DNA of 63,581 nucleotides, filler included, from Hyphochytrium catenoides (lineage: Eukaryota > Protista > Hyphochytriomycota), in the NCBI GenBank assembly GCA_900088475.1. It is 11 parts of 11 records of this genome, joined end to end, with 100 filler letters (N's around TTAATTAATTAA, not from the genome) between each part and the next. Parts side by side here need not be neighbours in the genome. Positions count along the whole stretch, not along the records: positions 47,558 to 52,624 come from FLMG01001229.1; positions 52,725 to 55,102 come from FLMG01003357.1; positions 55,203 to 57,190 come from FLMG01001474.1; positions 57,291 to 59,810 come from FLMG01000435.1; positions 59,911 to 61,761 come from FLMG01001293.1; positions 61,862 to 63,581 come from FLMG01004734.1; 5 more parts are not named here. The stretch is one strand, 5' to 3'. A model generated the notes under the pieces. The model ran no database searches, was not told the origin of the DNA, and saw only the letters and a list, made by a program, of their open reading frames with translations. The translations under genes and the position numbers were made by a program. Of the stretch, positions 50,729-62,090 are shown piece after piece. The first letter of the stretch is position 1. Every line of letters starts with the position of its first letter.

Positions 50729-52012
50729 AAGAAGTGGTAACAAGTCACCTTTACTGCCCCGGGCATTCTGCTCTGCTGCACCTTCTCCTCTTCGCTTCCC
50801 GCGGAACGCATGCTTTCCCCGTCATTGTGCTTCTTTCTATACAAGAGAGGGAGAGAAGAGAAAGAGGGAGATACAGAGAGAGAGAGAGAGAGAGAGATTG
50901 AGATTGGAGGGCCCCAAACCGTGAGTGAGAGAGGGCCAGCCGAGTTGTACGTGAAAAGAGATACGCAGAGAGGGGCTTAGCTCAATTAAGAGGGAAAGAA
51001 GACAAGAAAATACGACCTTGATAAGAGGGACAGGGAGAGAGACAAAGAGAGAAGAAACGGAGATAAAGCGAGAGCGGAGAGAGGGAAAAGAAGGACAGGA
51101 AAAAGAAAGAGAAGGGCAATGAGTACGTTAGCAGCCAGAGAGACAGAGACAGAGTCAGAGACCGAGAGAGAGAGAGAGAGAGAGANNNNNNNNNNNNNNN
51201 CTGGGGCAAAGGGAGAGAGTTTAGGGGACGAAACCCGTTTGTGTCTAATGTATTCATCCTTGAGCCCGAGAGACTGAGAGAGAGAACCATGAGAAAGAGA
51301 GAAAAAGGAGAGAGGGCAGCAAATAGTACCTGATAGAGCTCTTATGCTGGGCAAGCCTCTGCATCATCGCTCGTTGCTTTGAATCGATCTCCCTCCCGTC
51401 AAACATTGCTGACCAAGGGCGAAAGAGAAGTTTAGGAGACAATCTAAGAAAGAAGCGGAGAGAGAGATGCAGAGGAGAAAGACAGCAACAACAAAAAAGA
51501 GAGTAGATTGAACTCAGCTTCTTCTTCCTAGTATACTTGCCCTCTTATCACATCTTTCGTTCTCTCTCGCTCTTTCCCTTCCCTCACTATTCTCTCTCTC
51601 TCTCTTTTTCTCTCTCTTTCTCACTCTCTCTCTATATCTCTTCTCTCTCTCGTCTCTCTCTCTCTTCTCTCTCTCTTCTCTTCTCTCTTCCTCTCCCTCT
51701 CCCCCACACTCTCTCTCTTTCTCTTTCTCTCTCATCTCTTTCTCTCTCTCTCTCTCTCTCTCATCTCTCTCCTCTCTCTCTCTCTCTCTCCCACTCTCTC
51801 TCTCTTTCTCTCCCATCTCTTTCTTTGTCCCTCTCGCTTGCACTCACCAAGACTGTCTCTCGAGCTCGTTATCATTCTTTCTCTGTACCGCTCCGTTTCC
51901 GTCACGGGATTTTCTCTGGTGTCAAGCTCTCGAAGTTTGGGAAGAGAGGAGAGAAGAAGCAAAAGTTCCTAAATGGGAAAGAAGAGAGGTAAGAGACTGC
52001 TCACACAAATTA

Positions 52013-52046
<34 letters not shown>

Positions 52047-52380
52047 GTCGGATTTGAGGGTGAGGGACCTGGACATAAAGCCAAAGAAACGCATTGTAAA
52101 AGAGAGCAGGAAGAGAGAAAGAGAAGGCAGAAGAGAGACAGAGAGAGAGACGAGAGCAGGAAGAGAGAAAGAGAAGGATGGAAGAGAGTTGCAAAGGAGG
52201 GAGGCAAATGAAGGAAGAAAAGAGAGAGATGGATAGAGAGATTAATGGAGAGAAATGCCGCACCTCATCATCCTCGAGCTTGTTCTTGGAGATATCTAGG
52301 AGAGAGAGAGAGGTGAGGAGGCAGAGGTCCCGCAGGCTTCCCAAGCCAACCTTTGAAAGGTTGAGCACAGAGAGACTTCC
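49960..52380 (-). CDS. SDS22-type LRR protein with LRRcap, PPP1R42/LRRC67-like; 3' part only
   Basis: Spliced: GSLSVLNLSKVGLGSLRDLCLLTSLSLLDISKNKLEDDE|ELLLLLSSLPKLRELDTRENPVTETERYRERMITSSRDSL|AMFDGREIDSKQR, i.e. LRRs plus the cap NP...YR...L..LDG..I. Ortholog assignment is from recalled similarity. Confidence 0.75.
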
Positions 52381-52724
52381 CTGATAAAGAGAGAATTGAT
52401 AGCACAAACGGCAGAAGAAACGAGAGAGACAGCCGCGAAATGTGAGAGGAAAGAGAGAGGGAGTCAGACAGAGGAAAGAGGAGAAAAGAGAGAGAGAAGG
52501 ACGGAGAGAGAAGGTGGAGAGAGTGAGAGAGAGAGAGAGAGAGAAGAGAGAGAGGGAGAGAGGAGAAAAGAGAGAGAGAAGGATGGATAGAGAAGGGGGA
52601 GAGAGGGAGAGAGAGAGAGAGAGANNNNNNNNNNNNNNNNNNNNNNNNNNNNNNNNNNNNNNNNNNNNTTAATTAATTAANNNNNNNNNNNNNNNNNNNN
52701 NNNNNNNNNNNNNNNNNNNNNNNN

Positions 52725-52832
52725 CAGACAGACAGACAGACAGACAGACGCGGACGAACAAATCGGAAAAAAATTATGCACCGCCTGACGCAAAAACCTA
52801 AACAAAAAAGCTTCGCCCTTCGGGCTCGCCAA
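52725..52832 (-). mobile_element. End of a probable DINE-1/Helentron-like non-autonomous element inserted in the 3' LTR
   Basis: Minus strand reads TTGGCGAGCCCGAAGGGCGAAGC (hairpin), about 60 nt, then (GTCT)n. It begins exactly where LTR similarity stops. Confidence 0.5.
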
Positions 52833-54357
52833 CAATCTAGAGCTATTCTGACTATGCCAACTATTCCGAACAAAGTCTAAGATATGGAGTTATAGAGATA
52901 TCCCGGTCTAGAATAGTCAGTCTTGAAGGTATTCTGGGGTTCTGACCATAAGCCATAGATATAAATAGGGACATTTCGTTTGCTTCATATCCCGGCTTCT
53001 ACTGGGAGTTTAGAGCTGAAACTTGGGTAGTTAGGCTTGCCAGCTTGTAGTCCACATAGCTGTGCCCCCAGACTCCAACACCTCCCCGCAGCTCAAACTC
53101 GCTATTATGAAGGGTCGAAGCTGAACATTCAACACCTCCCCACATGCCGTAGACCCGATAGAAAGAGATTACTTGGTTCTTGGGTTTCCATTGCACACAT
53201 TTTTCGATGTACGATGAACAGCGAGGGGGCGAGATGTTGTTTCCTTAGCTTCTTTGATAAAGGCGTCGAGATCTCCAGAAAATTCCACATTGTCTGTTTG
53301 CTTCAGTGCTAGGTAGAAAGTGTGGAGAATATTGTTATCAGCGTCAAGCTTTTCTTGATTCGACGCCTGCGTAATGATCAATTGTCCTTCATTTGGATCC
53401 TTGGGACCTTTATGTTGGTTGACTCCTCTCCATGGTTCCTCTTCGGAAAGAGATAGTTTAGCTGGTTGTTGAGATGTTTCTTAGTGATTGGCTGGTTGTG
53501 TTCTTCAATTCTTCTCAGTATTGCCTTGACTGCTTCACGATAAGAAGTCTTCGTTATTGCTGATGAAATTTACAGAGCTGGGTGGCAATGCCTGAAGCTT
53601 CTGTATGAGCACAATCTAGATGCAATGATAACAAAGGGACTAGGTATTGATGTGTGTGGAGATTTCTTTGAATGATCACTCAGTCCTGAGAGCCTGGTCT
53701 GGACTCGAGATCTTTTGCTCGGCCCAGCTTCCCTCATCATCTCTCTCTCCTCTGCTGCTCCTGTGTTCTTCTGGAAATTCTTCTCACATCCCTCTTTCCC
53801 ATAACACAGGTGTACCCGTAACGTCTATGTCCGTGAGAGCTAGGTGTGTATAGAGAGTGACTACTGTACTACTGACAACGAACATAGTAGCACTCAACAA
53901 TTGCACAGTGGAGCTCGTTGGCTGCTCCAGGGGCCGACTTGATCTTGGTCTCGGTCGGGATTGCAATGGTCCAATGGTTGGCTCAGAGGCCTCAGAACAA
54001 GTTTCCGAGTCCTGGGGGACGCGTGGGTCCATAACCTGTTGGTTTTGTATGGGATGATTGGACACTGTCATTAGATCAGAGTGCTCTACTTATAAGCCCA
54101 ACTAGGGTCCCACAATCTAAAGCTATTCTGACTATGCCAACTATTCCGAATAAGTCTAAGATATGGAGTTATAGAGATATCCCTGTCTAGAATAGTCAGT
54201 CCTGAATTATTCCGGGGTACTGACCATAAGCCCTAGATGTAAACAGGGACAGTCGTTTGCTTCATATCTCGGCTTCTACTGGGAGTTTAGAGCTGAAACT
54301 TGGGTAGTTAAGCTTGCCAGCTTGTAGTCCACATAGCTGTGTCCTCAAACTCCAACA
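52832..54357 (-). mobile_element. Small non-autonomous Copia-type LTR retroelement (5' LTR 54357-54037, PBS, degenerate 956-bp interior, PPT, interrupted 3' LTR 53080-52832)
   Basis: Direct repeats of about 250 bp are shared. The full LTR is 321 bp with TGTTGG...CCAACA termini. On the minus strand CCAACA|GGTTATGGACCCA matches the half-tRNA-iMet primer site typical of copia, and GCGGGGAGG|TGTTGG is a polypurine tract. No RT or integrase motifs seen. Confidence 0.88.
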
Positions 54358-54829
54358 GTAAAAGCGCCTTTAGGAGCTCAAATCGAATTTGTAACGCGAG
54401 ACGTATTACTGTAGAACCGGGACACATCGCATGCGTCCTGCGATCTTAACACAGGTTCAGGACAAAAACTTTTTTGTTGGTTCTAAAATCATAATAGCTG
54501 AGACGCGTCAACCTAGCCTTCGGTATTAGGCTTTATGGAGCTGACGACCGAGGTGACCGGTTACGCAAAACCTCAAATAGTCGAGTAAGTCCCGGCTCAT
54601 TCACTCGCTAACGTAGGAAGGGCGAATGAGTGGAGATACTAGATACTGTGCCTAGTTAGAATGATCGAAGAAATTCTTTTATAAAGAACAGGCGTCAGTG
54701 ATCTTACCATCTTCCAATAATGATGCAGCCGAAGGCTGGATTACGCACTATTAACTTCGGGCAAAGCCCTAGGCGAGACCTAATGCTATTGGTAGAGAAT
54801 AGAACTCGCTTGTTCAGCCTAACATAGTA

Positions 54830-54930
54830 ATTGCTGCGAGCCCGAAGGGCGAGCCTCAATTTCAACCCACAGGGGCTTCAGCACAAATGGACTTTTTCGT
54901 GTTGTCTGTGTGTCTGTGTGTGTGTATTTC
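54830..54930 (+). mobile_element. Second DINE/Helentron-like terminus
   Basis: Same GCGAGCCCGAAGGGCGA hairpin followed after about 50 nt by a GTCT/GT microsatellite. Confidence 0.45.
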
Positions 54931-55036
54931 CGAAAGTTTCAATGGAACAGGACCGTTAGCAGCTATATGACTGTACCGGTAGCCGGTACTGGCTAGTTGT
55001 TTTGGAAGCCGACGGGACCCGGTAGCCGGTATTGGC

Positions 55037-55102
55037 CAGTGGAGCTCGTTGGCTGTTATAATGTATGGGATTTGAAGACACTCTTAGTTAGGTTATGTGG
55101 TC
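55037..55102 (-). mobile_element. Fragment of a related LTR element, cut by the scaffold end
   Basis: CAGTGGAGCTCGTTGGCTG is identical to 53906-53924. The following TGTTATAATGTATGGGATTTGAAGACACT resembles the LTR terminus TGTTGGTTTTGTATGGGATGATTGGACACT at 54037. Confidence 0.6.
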
Positions 55103-55218
55103 NNNNNNNNNNNNNNNNNNNNNNNNNNNNNNNNNNNNNNNNNNNNTTAATTAATTAANNNNNNNNNNNNNNNNNNNNNNNNNNNNNNNNNNNNNNNNNN
55201 NNAACAAGGCGGAGAAGT

Positions 55219-55263
<45 letters not shown>

Positions 55264-55504
55264 AGAGAGAAGGTGTAGGTCGCTCTCTCTCCTATCAGAG
55301 GAAGTGAGGAAGACAAGGAGGAAGACGAAACATGGCCAAAGCCCCAACTCCTCGGGAGTTTTCTCCTTCTCAACTGCTAGAGGAGCATTTACAGGTAAGC
55401 TCCGGCCAGGATAGGTTATATAACTCTTTATAGCGGCGAATTATCAGGGTCGTACGCCACACTTGCAGTATGCTCCGTTCATTGACCTTTTGTGCCTTGG
55501 AGCT

Positions 55505-55554
<50 letters not shown>

Positions 55555-57377
55555 CCTCTTTCTCTCTCCCTCTCTCTCTCTCTTTCCTTGCTCTCTGTTC
55601 TCTCTCCCTCTCTCCTTTTCTCTCTGTTCTCTCTTTTGCTCTCTTTTTCTCGCTCCTCGTGTCTCAATCTTTGTCTTTCCTTCCCTATCAAGCTTTCCGT
55701 ATCCTACCACACTTTCTTGTGCGTGTAGCCCTCTCTCTCGTCACGGAAGAGAACGTGACACACGATGGAGGTTGTCAACCAAAGTCACCCTCTGTCCAAT
55801 GCAGGGAGGGTGGTCCGTCGTACGACCTTATGGAGGACGCCATCCTCTTCTCTCTCTCTTCTCCCTTTCGTGTTCTCTCTCTCCCTTCATGATGCACAAG
55901 AAGAGTATCCTAGACAGGATTGTTGGGAGGTCTAAGCTCAGGCCTTCGCAGCTTCAACTCCAGTACACCCATCAGATCTGCATGCTTGCAGGGACTGGCA
56001 GAGAGACAGAGAAAGAGAAAAGAGAGAGAGAAACATACATGAATAGGAGAGAGAGAGAGACAAGAAAAGATGTTCTCTCTTTCTACTGCCCATCATGCTC
56101 CACTGTCTTTCGACCCAGAAGAGGTAGGCCATAAGATGCTGATGATGCAGGAAGCATCAGTGGATGCGCCTCTCTCTCGTGTCCCATCATCTTGCCTTGC
56201 GGCGCAGCACCGAAGATGTTGGCGGATGGTGAACGCGGGGAAAGGACGAAGAAAGAGAGGAAAAGACACGGAGCTTTCTATAGTAAAATAAAGAAGGAAG
56301 GCAGGAGTATCTTTGATGATTATCAATCGTGTCTATTCTTCTCTCTTCTCTTCTCCACTCCAAGATGTTTATCAGCCTATTAGTTCTATCTGGCTTATAG
56401 TTTTGTCTCTATTCACTTCCTCTCTCTCTCTCTCCCTCTTTCTCCTTTCTATTCCTCTCTCTCAATGCAAAGCTCTTTCTGGCAGTTAAAGAAGCAGCCG
56501 ACGGCTTATCATTATGAAGAGCACGATTCCCTTCTGGAAGAGACGATGAACACGGGCGAGCGCGTCGCCTTTCACTTGTCTTCCTCTTTCCCTGGTCTTT
56601 ACTTCTTATGCAGCTGTCTTACAGTGCATGTGGTCAACCGGTGTCTCTCTTTGGTCTTCTTCCTGTCGGGACGAAGGGTTAGCCAGTCTCCGGCTCTTCT
56701 CATCTGTCCGTGTTTCCCGCTCTTCGTCGCTTTGGTCTCTTTCCTCTCTTGTTCTCTCTCGGTTTGACTGAGAAGAAGAGAAGTAGTAGAATCATGTAAG
56801 AGAAGAGGAAGAAATAAGAGAAATCAAGCCATTAGTACTCCGATGATGCTCTCTTTCTGATGATGATGGTGCTGATAATGAAGCTGACAAGCATCAAGAG
56901 AGAAGAAAGAGAGATCACATCCTGGAGGGTGGATATAGGATAAACATGATCTACTTGGGTGATGATGAGCAGGAGAGGGAGGAAAGGGAAGAGATGGGGC
57001 GGAGGAAAGGAACAAAAGACAGAGAACGAGAGAGAGAGAGATCAAGAAGAAGACTGATGATAGCGTGCCTTTTCGTTTTCCTCGTCAGCAGTCCTCACTT
57101 CCCTGCCCTAAGCCCAAGTTTGATGTCCTCCGTCAACCATCACGGATGTGACTGCGCAGTCCACACTTTGGACAAGGTTCTAGATAGCAANNNNNNNNNN
57201 NNNNNNNNNNNNNNNNNNNNNNNNNNNNNNNNNNTTAATTAATTAANNNNNNNNNNNNNNNNNNNNNNNNNNNNNNNNNNNNNNNNNNNNTACGATCCTT
57301 CATCGAGCGATGGGAGAAGAGAGAGAGAGAGAGAGCGGAAGAGAGATGGAGATATTAAGGATCAAAGAATGCGAGAA

Positions 57378-57408
<31 letters not shown>

Positions 57409-57494
57409 CGAATGGTGATACGAGAAAGAGAGGAAGAGAAAGAGAGAGCAAAAATAGGAGTTAAGGCATTTTAGAGCTGAAGTGAAAACCCTAC

Positions 57495-57628
57495 CGAAAA
57501 CTGGACGAGGTGACCGCTCGAGTCAAAGATCTGCTCAAGAAAGCGAAGGTTGCCGTTAGTCCTGATTGTTTCCACGATAAAATAGAAAGGCGGAGGGAGA
57601 GAGAGCGCACAACGGAGAGAGAGAGAGA

Positions 57629-57673
<45 letters not shown>

Positions 57674-58235
57674 CGGGAAGAGGAGAGAGAGAAAAGAAAG
57701 AGAGATTCCTGACTACTTACATCGACCCCCATCAGACCCACTGCAGGCAATTTTAGAGAAAAGAGAAGAGGCAAAGAGTGTTAGCTCGAGAGAAAAGGGA
57801 GAAGGAGAAGGGCGAGGACTATTATTGTTACAGAGATAGAGCGATAAGGAGGAGAGGAAACGACAAACGAAGTGAGGAGAGAAGAGGGAGAGAGAAGCAG
57901 GAAAGAGGGAGAGAGATGAAGTTATAATCTTGGTGGTGACTAGGAGTCTATCCACTTGCCATAGTACGGATCGCCCCTGAGTTTAGTGAGACAGAAAGGG
58001 CGTCAGTATTCAGTTAAGAAAGAGAGAGAGCCAAAGACAACGATAGAGGCAAGAGAGAGAGAGGAAGATGACAGAGAGAGAGAAAAAGAGAGACAAACAG
58101 GCAGAACCGACGACAAAGGAGAATCAGGAAGAAGAGAGGACGAAAGAACGATAGTGCTGTGCGTGTGAGATGGGAGAAAGAGACGTGAGATGGTAGAGCA
58201 AAGGACAAAGGCACAATGTGAAAGTGGACGGGAAG

Positions 58236-58289
<54 letters not shown>

Positions 58290-58985
58290 CAAGAGGACGG
58301 ACCACGTAGAGAAGATCTCGATTGTCAGTTTTCTTCCTTTGGGTAGCTCAGGAGTGATAAACTCGCTCGCCTCGTCCACAGAGTACTGCTGACGGACAGA
58401 TGGACGCTGAGAGACCGGGAGAGACTGGTCTCCAGGCACTAAGAAGAGAGAGGGAAAGAGAGAGAGGGTGAGACAGGAGAGACGGCAGGCACATATTGAA
58501 AGAAAGAGAAGAGAAGAGAGAGAGATGAAGAGAGAGAAAGAGAGGGAGAGCTTGTAAGGCGGCAGGGGAACAACAAACAGCTTTTGGCGCGGAGAAGAAC
58601 ACCAGACCAGATGAAAAATATAGAGACAGAAACAGAGAGAGAGGGAGACAGAGAGAGAGACAGAGAGAGAGAAAAACATGAGAAGAAATCAGAAGAGAGA
58701 GAGAGCAGGAGAGACAGGAGGGGTGTGCATGACAGTGAAGACTGTGCGAGTTAAAAGACGGAGAAGGAGGGAGAGCAAGAGAGATGGAGCACCAGCACCG
58801 GGGCGCTGGCGCGCAGCTCGGCTGTCAGGCCTGAAGTTCTCCAAGGACCTTAAATTGCGCTCTTCCAGCCTATAATAGAGGAAGCCACGGCTGTGTCAGC
58901 CTCCACCTCTCTCTCTCCTCCTCTGTCTCTGTCTCTGTCTCGACCTCCCTCTTTTGATATCTCTCTCCCTCTCTCTTCTGTCTCC

Positions 58986-59036
<51 letters not shown>

Positions 59037-59486
59037 TCGTCCCTCTCTGACACGCACTCTTCGTCCCCTGCCCCCCTATCTATCTCACGTACGCGCGATC
59101 TCTCTCTCTCTCTCTCTCTCTCTCCCTCTCTCTCTACGCTCTCTCACACACAGAGACTCTCTCTCTCTCACACAAAGCCACTCCCTCTCCCTCCTCCTTG
59201 TTTGCTGTCTTTCCTCATTCGCCTGTGACAGGGACATACCGACTCGACTCTCTGCCATGGCTGCGGCCGCTGGATGGCCTCTCGGGCTGCGGATGGCTCC
59301 CACCGTGCATCTCACTGGTGCTGAATGAAGGCTCTCTCCCGCTGTGGCTCGCGTACTCTCTCTTTCTCTCTCTGTCTCTCTTTCTCTCTCTCCTTTTCCT
59401 TCTACCGTCTATTGATACCTTGCTTCCGTATGCGATAGCCTTCCGATCCTTTGCTGCTGCTCGCTATAATGAAGCTCCAGGCGGAT
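57495..59486 (-). CDS. KATNIP: Internal fragment of KATNIP/KIAA0556 (DUF4457 repeat) ciliary protein, with micro-exons 57976-57960, 57740-57721 and 57530-57495
   Basis: Splicing gives FITPELPKGRKLTIEIFSTW|GDPYY|VGLMGVD|IFDSSGHLVQFS, matching the DUF4457 signature STWGD..YVGL.G+E+FD. Upstream exon limits are less certain. Confidence 0.85.
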
Positions 59487-61997
59487 CAACTAGATAACGT
59501 TGCATATAAGCATATCCTAGAAGGAGAGATGAAGAAGATAGCGAAACAGGCATCTCTCTTCGTCTCTCGCCTCCTCTCTCCTTCTCCTGCGACCCAGAGA
59601 GTGCTACGTCTTCTTCCTTTTCATGTCTTTGCCCTTCTTCTGTCGCGCTCTCTCTCTCTCTCTCTCCCTGTCTCCTTTGCTCACTCACTCTTTCTTTCTC
59701 TCTCTCTCTCTCTCTCTAGGCTCTCTCCCTAGCGCCTCTCTTATCTAGCCTCTCTCTTTCTCTAGCCTCTCTCTCTCTCTCCTCTCTCTCTCTCTTCTTT
59801 CTCTCTCTCTNNNNNNNNNNNNNNNNNNNNNNNNNNNNNNNNNNNNNNNNNNNNTTAATTAATTAANNNNNNNNNNNNNNNNNNNNNNNNNNNNNNNNNN
59901 NNNNNNNNNNAGAGAGAGAGAGAGAAAGAGAGGTCCAAGGAGCGAAAGGACACACTTCCCTCTCTCCATGTTTGCCCAGGTCACTGGGCATAACTCGCTG
60001 CGGCATATTATTGGGTAATAACAAGGTTAAACGGCCTTCAGGGCTGCTTTCAGTGGCTTATGTTCGGACAAGAACACACAAACAGTGTGTCAACCTCCAC
60101 TGGTGATTACTACTATCTGAGGCAGTATACTTCAAACTGCATAGCTACTAACTGGCCAGGTATTACTACTCCGCCTTCTTCAGGAGTTTGACTCGAAGAA
60201 AAGAATCTCCAATGGTCACTTCTGAGTCACTGACATTTCGAACCGGGCCCGCTATATTCTTGATAGTAGGCTTTAAGTGTCCATAGATGCAGAATTCTCA
60301 CACAAAAAGGTTGGTCCTCTTCCATGCTTCTGCTTTCTTTTCTCCCTTTTCTTCTTGTCCTCGTCTTCTACACTGTTGGCTGATAAATATTACTCATGCT
60401 GTCACCGGCGGCAGTGATGATCTCACCATAATCCAATACTTCTTGCCCATCATCATCCTCGTTATAGAATCTTGATACAGAGAAGAAGATGGCCTCAAAT
60501 ATCGCGCAGCATGGTGCGCTTCGACGATCATCACCATCAACTTTTCACGAGTGATAATAATAGCAGGAGATGATTCTGTTGCCAACGGCCGCCGTGCATT
60601 CGTCGTTTCTCCTATAAAGCCATTATAAATGCCAGTTGCAGCGGCCTATTGTGGTCTGTCTGCCCAGCCAGCAGACGGTAAGAACACCTTCTCGTCTATC
60701 GGCCTGCCTACTCTAAAAATCCGCTGCTATAATTTTGTCTACAAGGTTACTCTTTCTTTGTAAGGCAACAATAAGAAGTATTAGAAGCTTTCCTAATTCA
60801 AAAAAGCTTAAAACAAGCTACCTGGGCCCGTTCATCGCACCCCATCTTTGCGTATTTATTGTGTGGCAACGAGAGAGTCAGTAGCGGCTAGTGTAGTTAG
60901 TAGTCCATAGAATGCTCCCCCTTCGAAGGAGATCGAGCAAGAAAAACTCAGACACCACCTAAGGTTCAGCTTTCTCTAGTACGCACAATTGGTGGTCGGC
61001 AGACCAGCTGCACCGGCAGAGAAGAGAAGATGGTGAATCTTGAAAAAGTAAGAGGTGACAATAATGATGATGATGCATGCCGAAGAAGAACAGCTCTAAG
61101 TAGTAGTAGTATCAGGCCTTACTTGGGATGACAGCAAAGTAATAGTGGAGGACGTAAACAAGGAAGAAGATAATGAAGAAAGAAGAAGAAGACGGCGGAA
61201 GATATGTGGCGATGTGGGAAGAAGGGAGAATGAAGGGGAAAAGAAGGCACAACCAATGCAAGGAGGAGGAAGAAGAAGAGCAGGGAAGAGAACCTTTGGT
61301 AGAATCAACAGCAGTCAGTAATCAAATCACTATGGAGATCAAACCGCTGTCCTATCAGTTATCGAAACTTAACAGCTTTTTATTCTGACACTTTTCGAGC
61401 GGTTGACCCTCGATGAAGATTAATGTTCCAAGCACAATGCACCCACCTAAACGTGTGTCAGTGTGGTGAGAGAGGCAGAGAGGCCCTTCAGACAGCGGCT
61501 CACAGCACTTTTTGGGTGTGAACAGTAGGGTGGCAGCAGCTGCAAGACAGAGTCAGGACATGAGAGACAGAGCAGTAGTGAGATGTAGGCGTGGCAGTGT
61601 TCAGCCCCTATAGAGTGACAGACAGAGCAATGCAGTGTGTACAATGGTAAGCTAGAAGAGGCAGCCCAGAGAATGAGCAGGCAGACAAAGTAAAGGTAAA
61701 GCCCTTCTTGAGCTTTCTAAGGCTAGACACACACACAGAGAGAGAAAGAGAGAGAGAGAGANNNNNNNNNNNNNNNNNNNNNNNNNNNNNNNNNNNNNNN
61801 NNNNNTTAATTAATTAANNNNNNNNNNNNNNNNNNNNNNNNNNNNNNNNNNNNNNNNNNNNGGTTCTTTTTATTAACTTCAGTGTTTCTATTGTATGATA
61901 TAGTGATTTATGTTTTCTTTTAATTTCTGGTATTCTTTCAATTTTGGTTTTCTAATTTTTGGGGTTTCAAAAGCCCCTACCGTTTGGAGTGACAAAC

Positions 61998-62090
61998 ACT
62001 GAGCTTAAAAAGCTCAGCGAATAGACAGACAGACAGACAGACTCGTGGCCTCCCCGTTGGGAAGGCGTGGAACCGCTTCGCTTGGTTCGA
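61998..62090 (-). mobile_element. Third DINE/Helentron-like terminus
   Basis: Minus strand: GAACC-AAGCGAAGC-GGTTC hairpin, a second hairpin CCTTCCCAACGGGGAGG, then (GTCT)n and the inverted repeat CTGAGCTTTTTAAGCTCAG. Confidence 0.4.

Noticed and set aside
54021-54036. tRNA gene
   Set aside because: Only a short anticodon-arm-like match serving as the retroelement primer-binding site; no cloverleaf is present.
55203-57190. Possible gene fragment (e.g. MAKAPTPREFSPSQLLEEHLQ before a GTAAG donor)
   Set aside because: No recognisable domain and no consistent exon chain could be built.
9611-60750. Stop-codon reassignment (TAG = Gln)
   Set aside because: The PDZ gene and AP3B end at TAG, and I saw no in-frame TAG/TAA in conserved exons. 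TAG-broken frames occur only in non-conserved relics.
8551-61861. Ten recurring TTAATTAATTAA units as a CRISPR-like array or biological repeat
   Set aside because: Each is flanked by exactly 44 N per side and encodes six-frame stops, so it is an artificial joiner. No spacer structure or cas genes are present.
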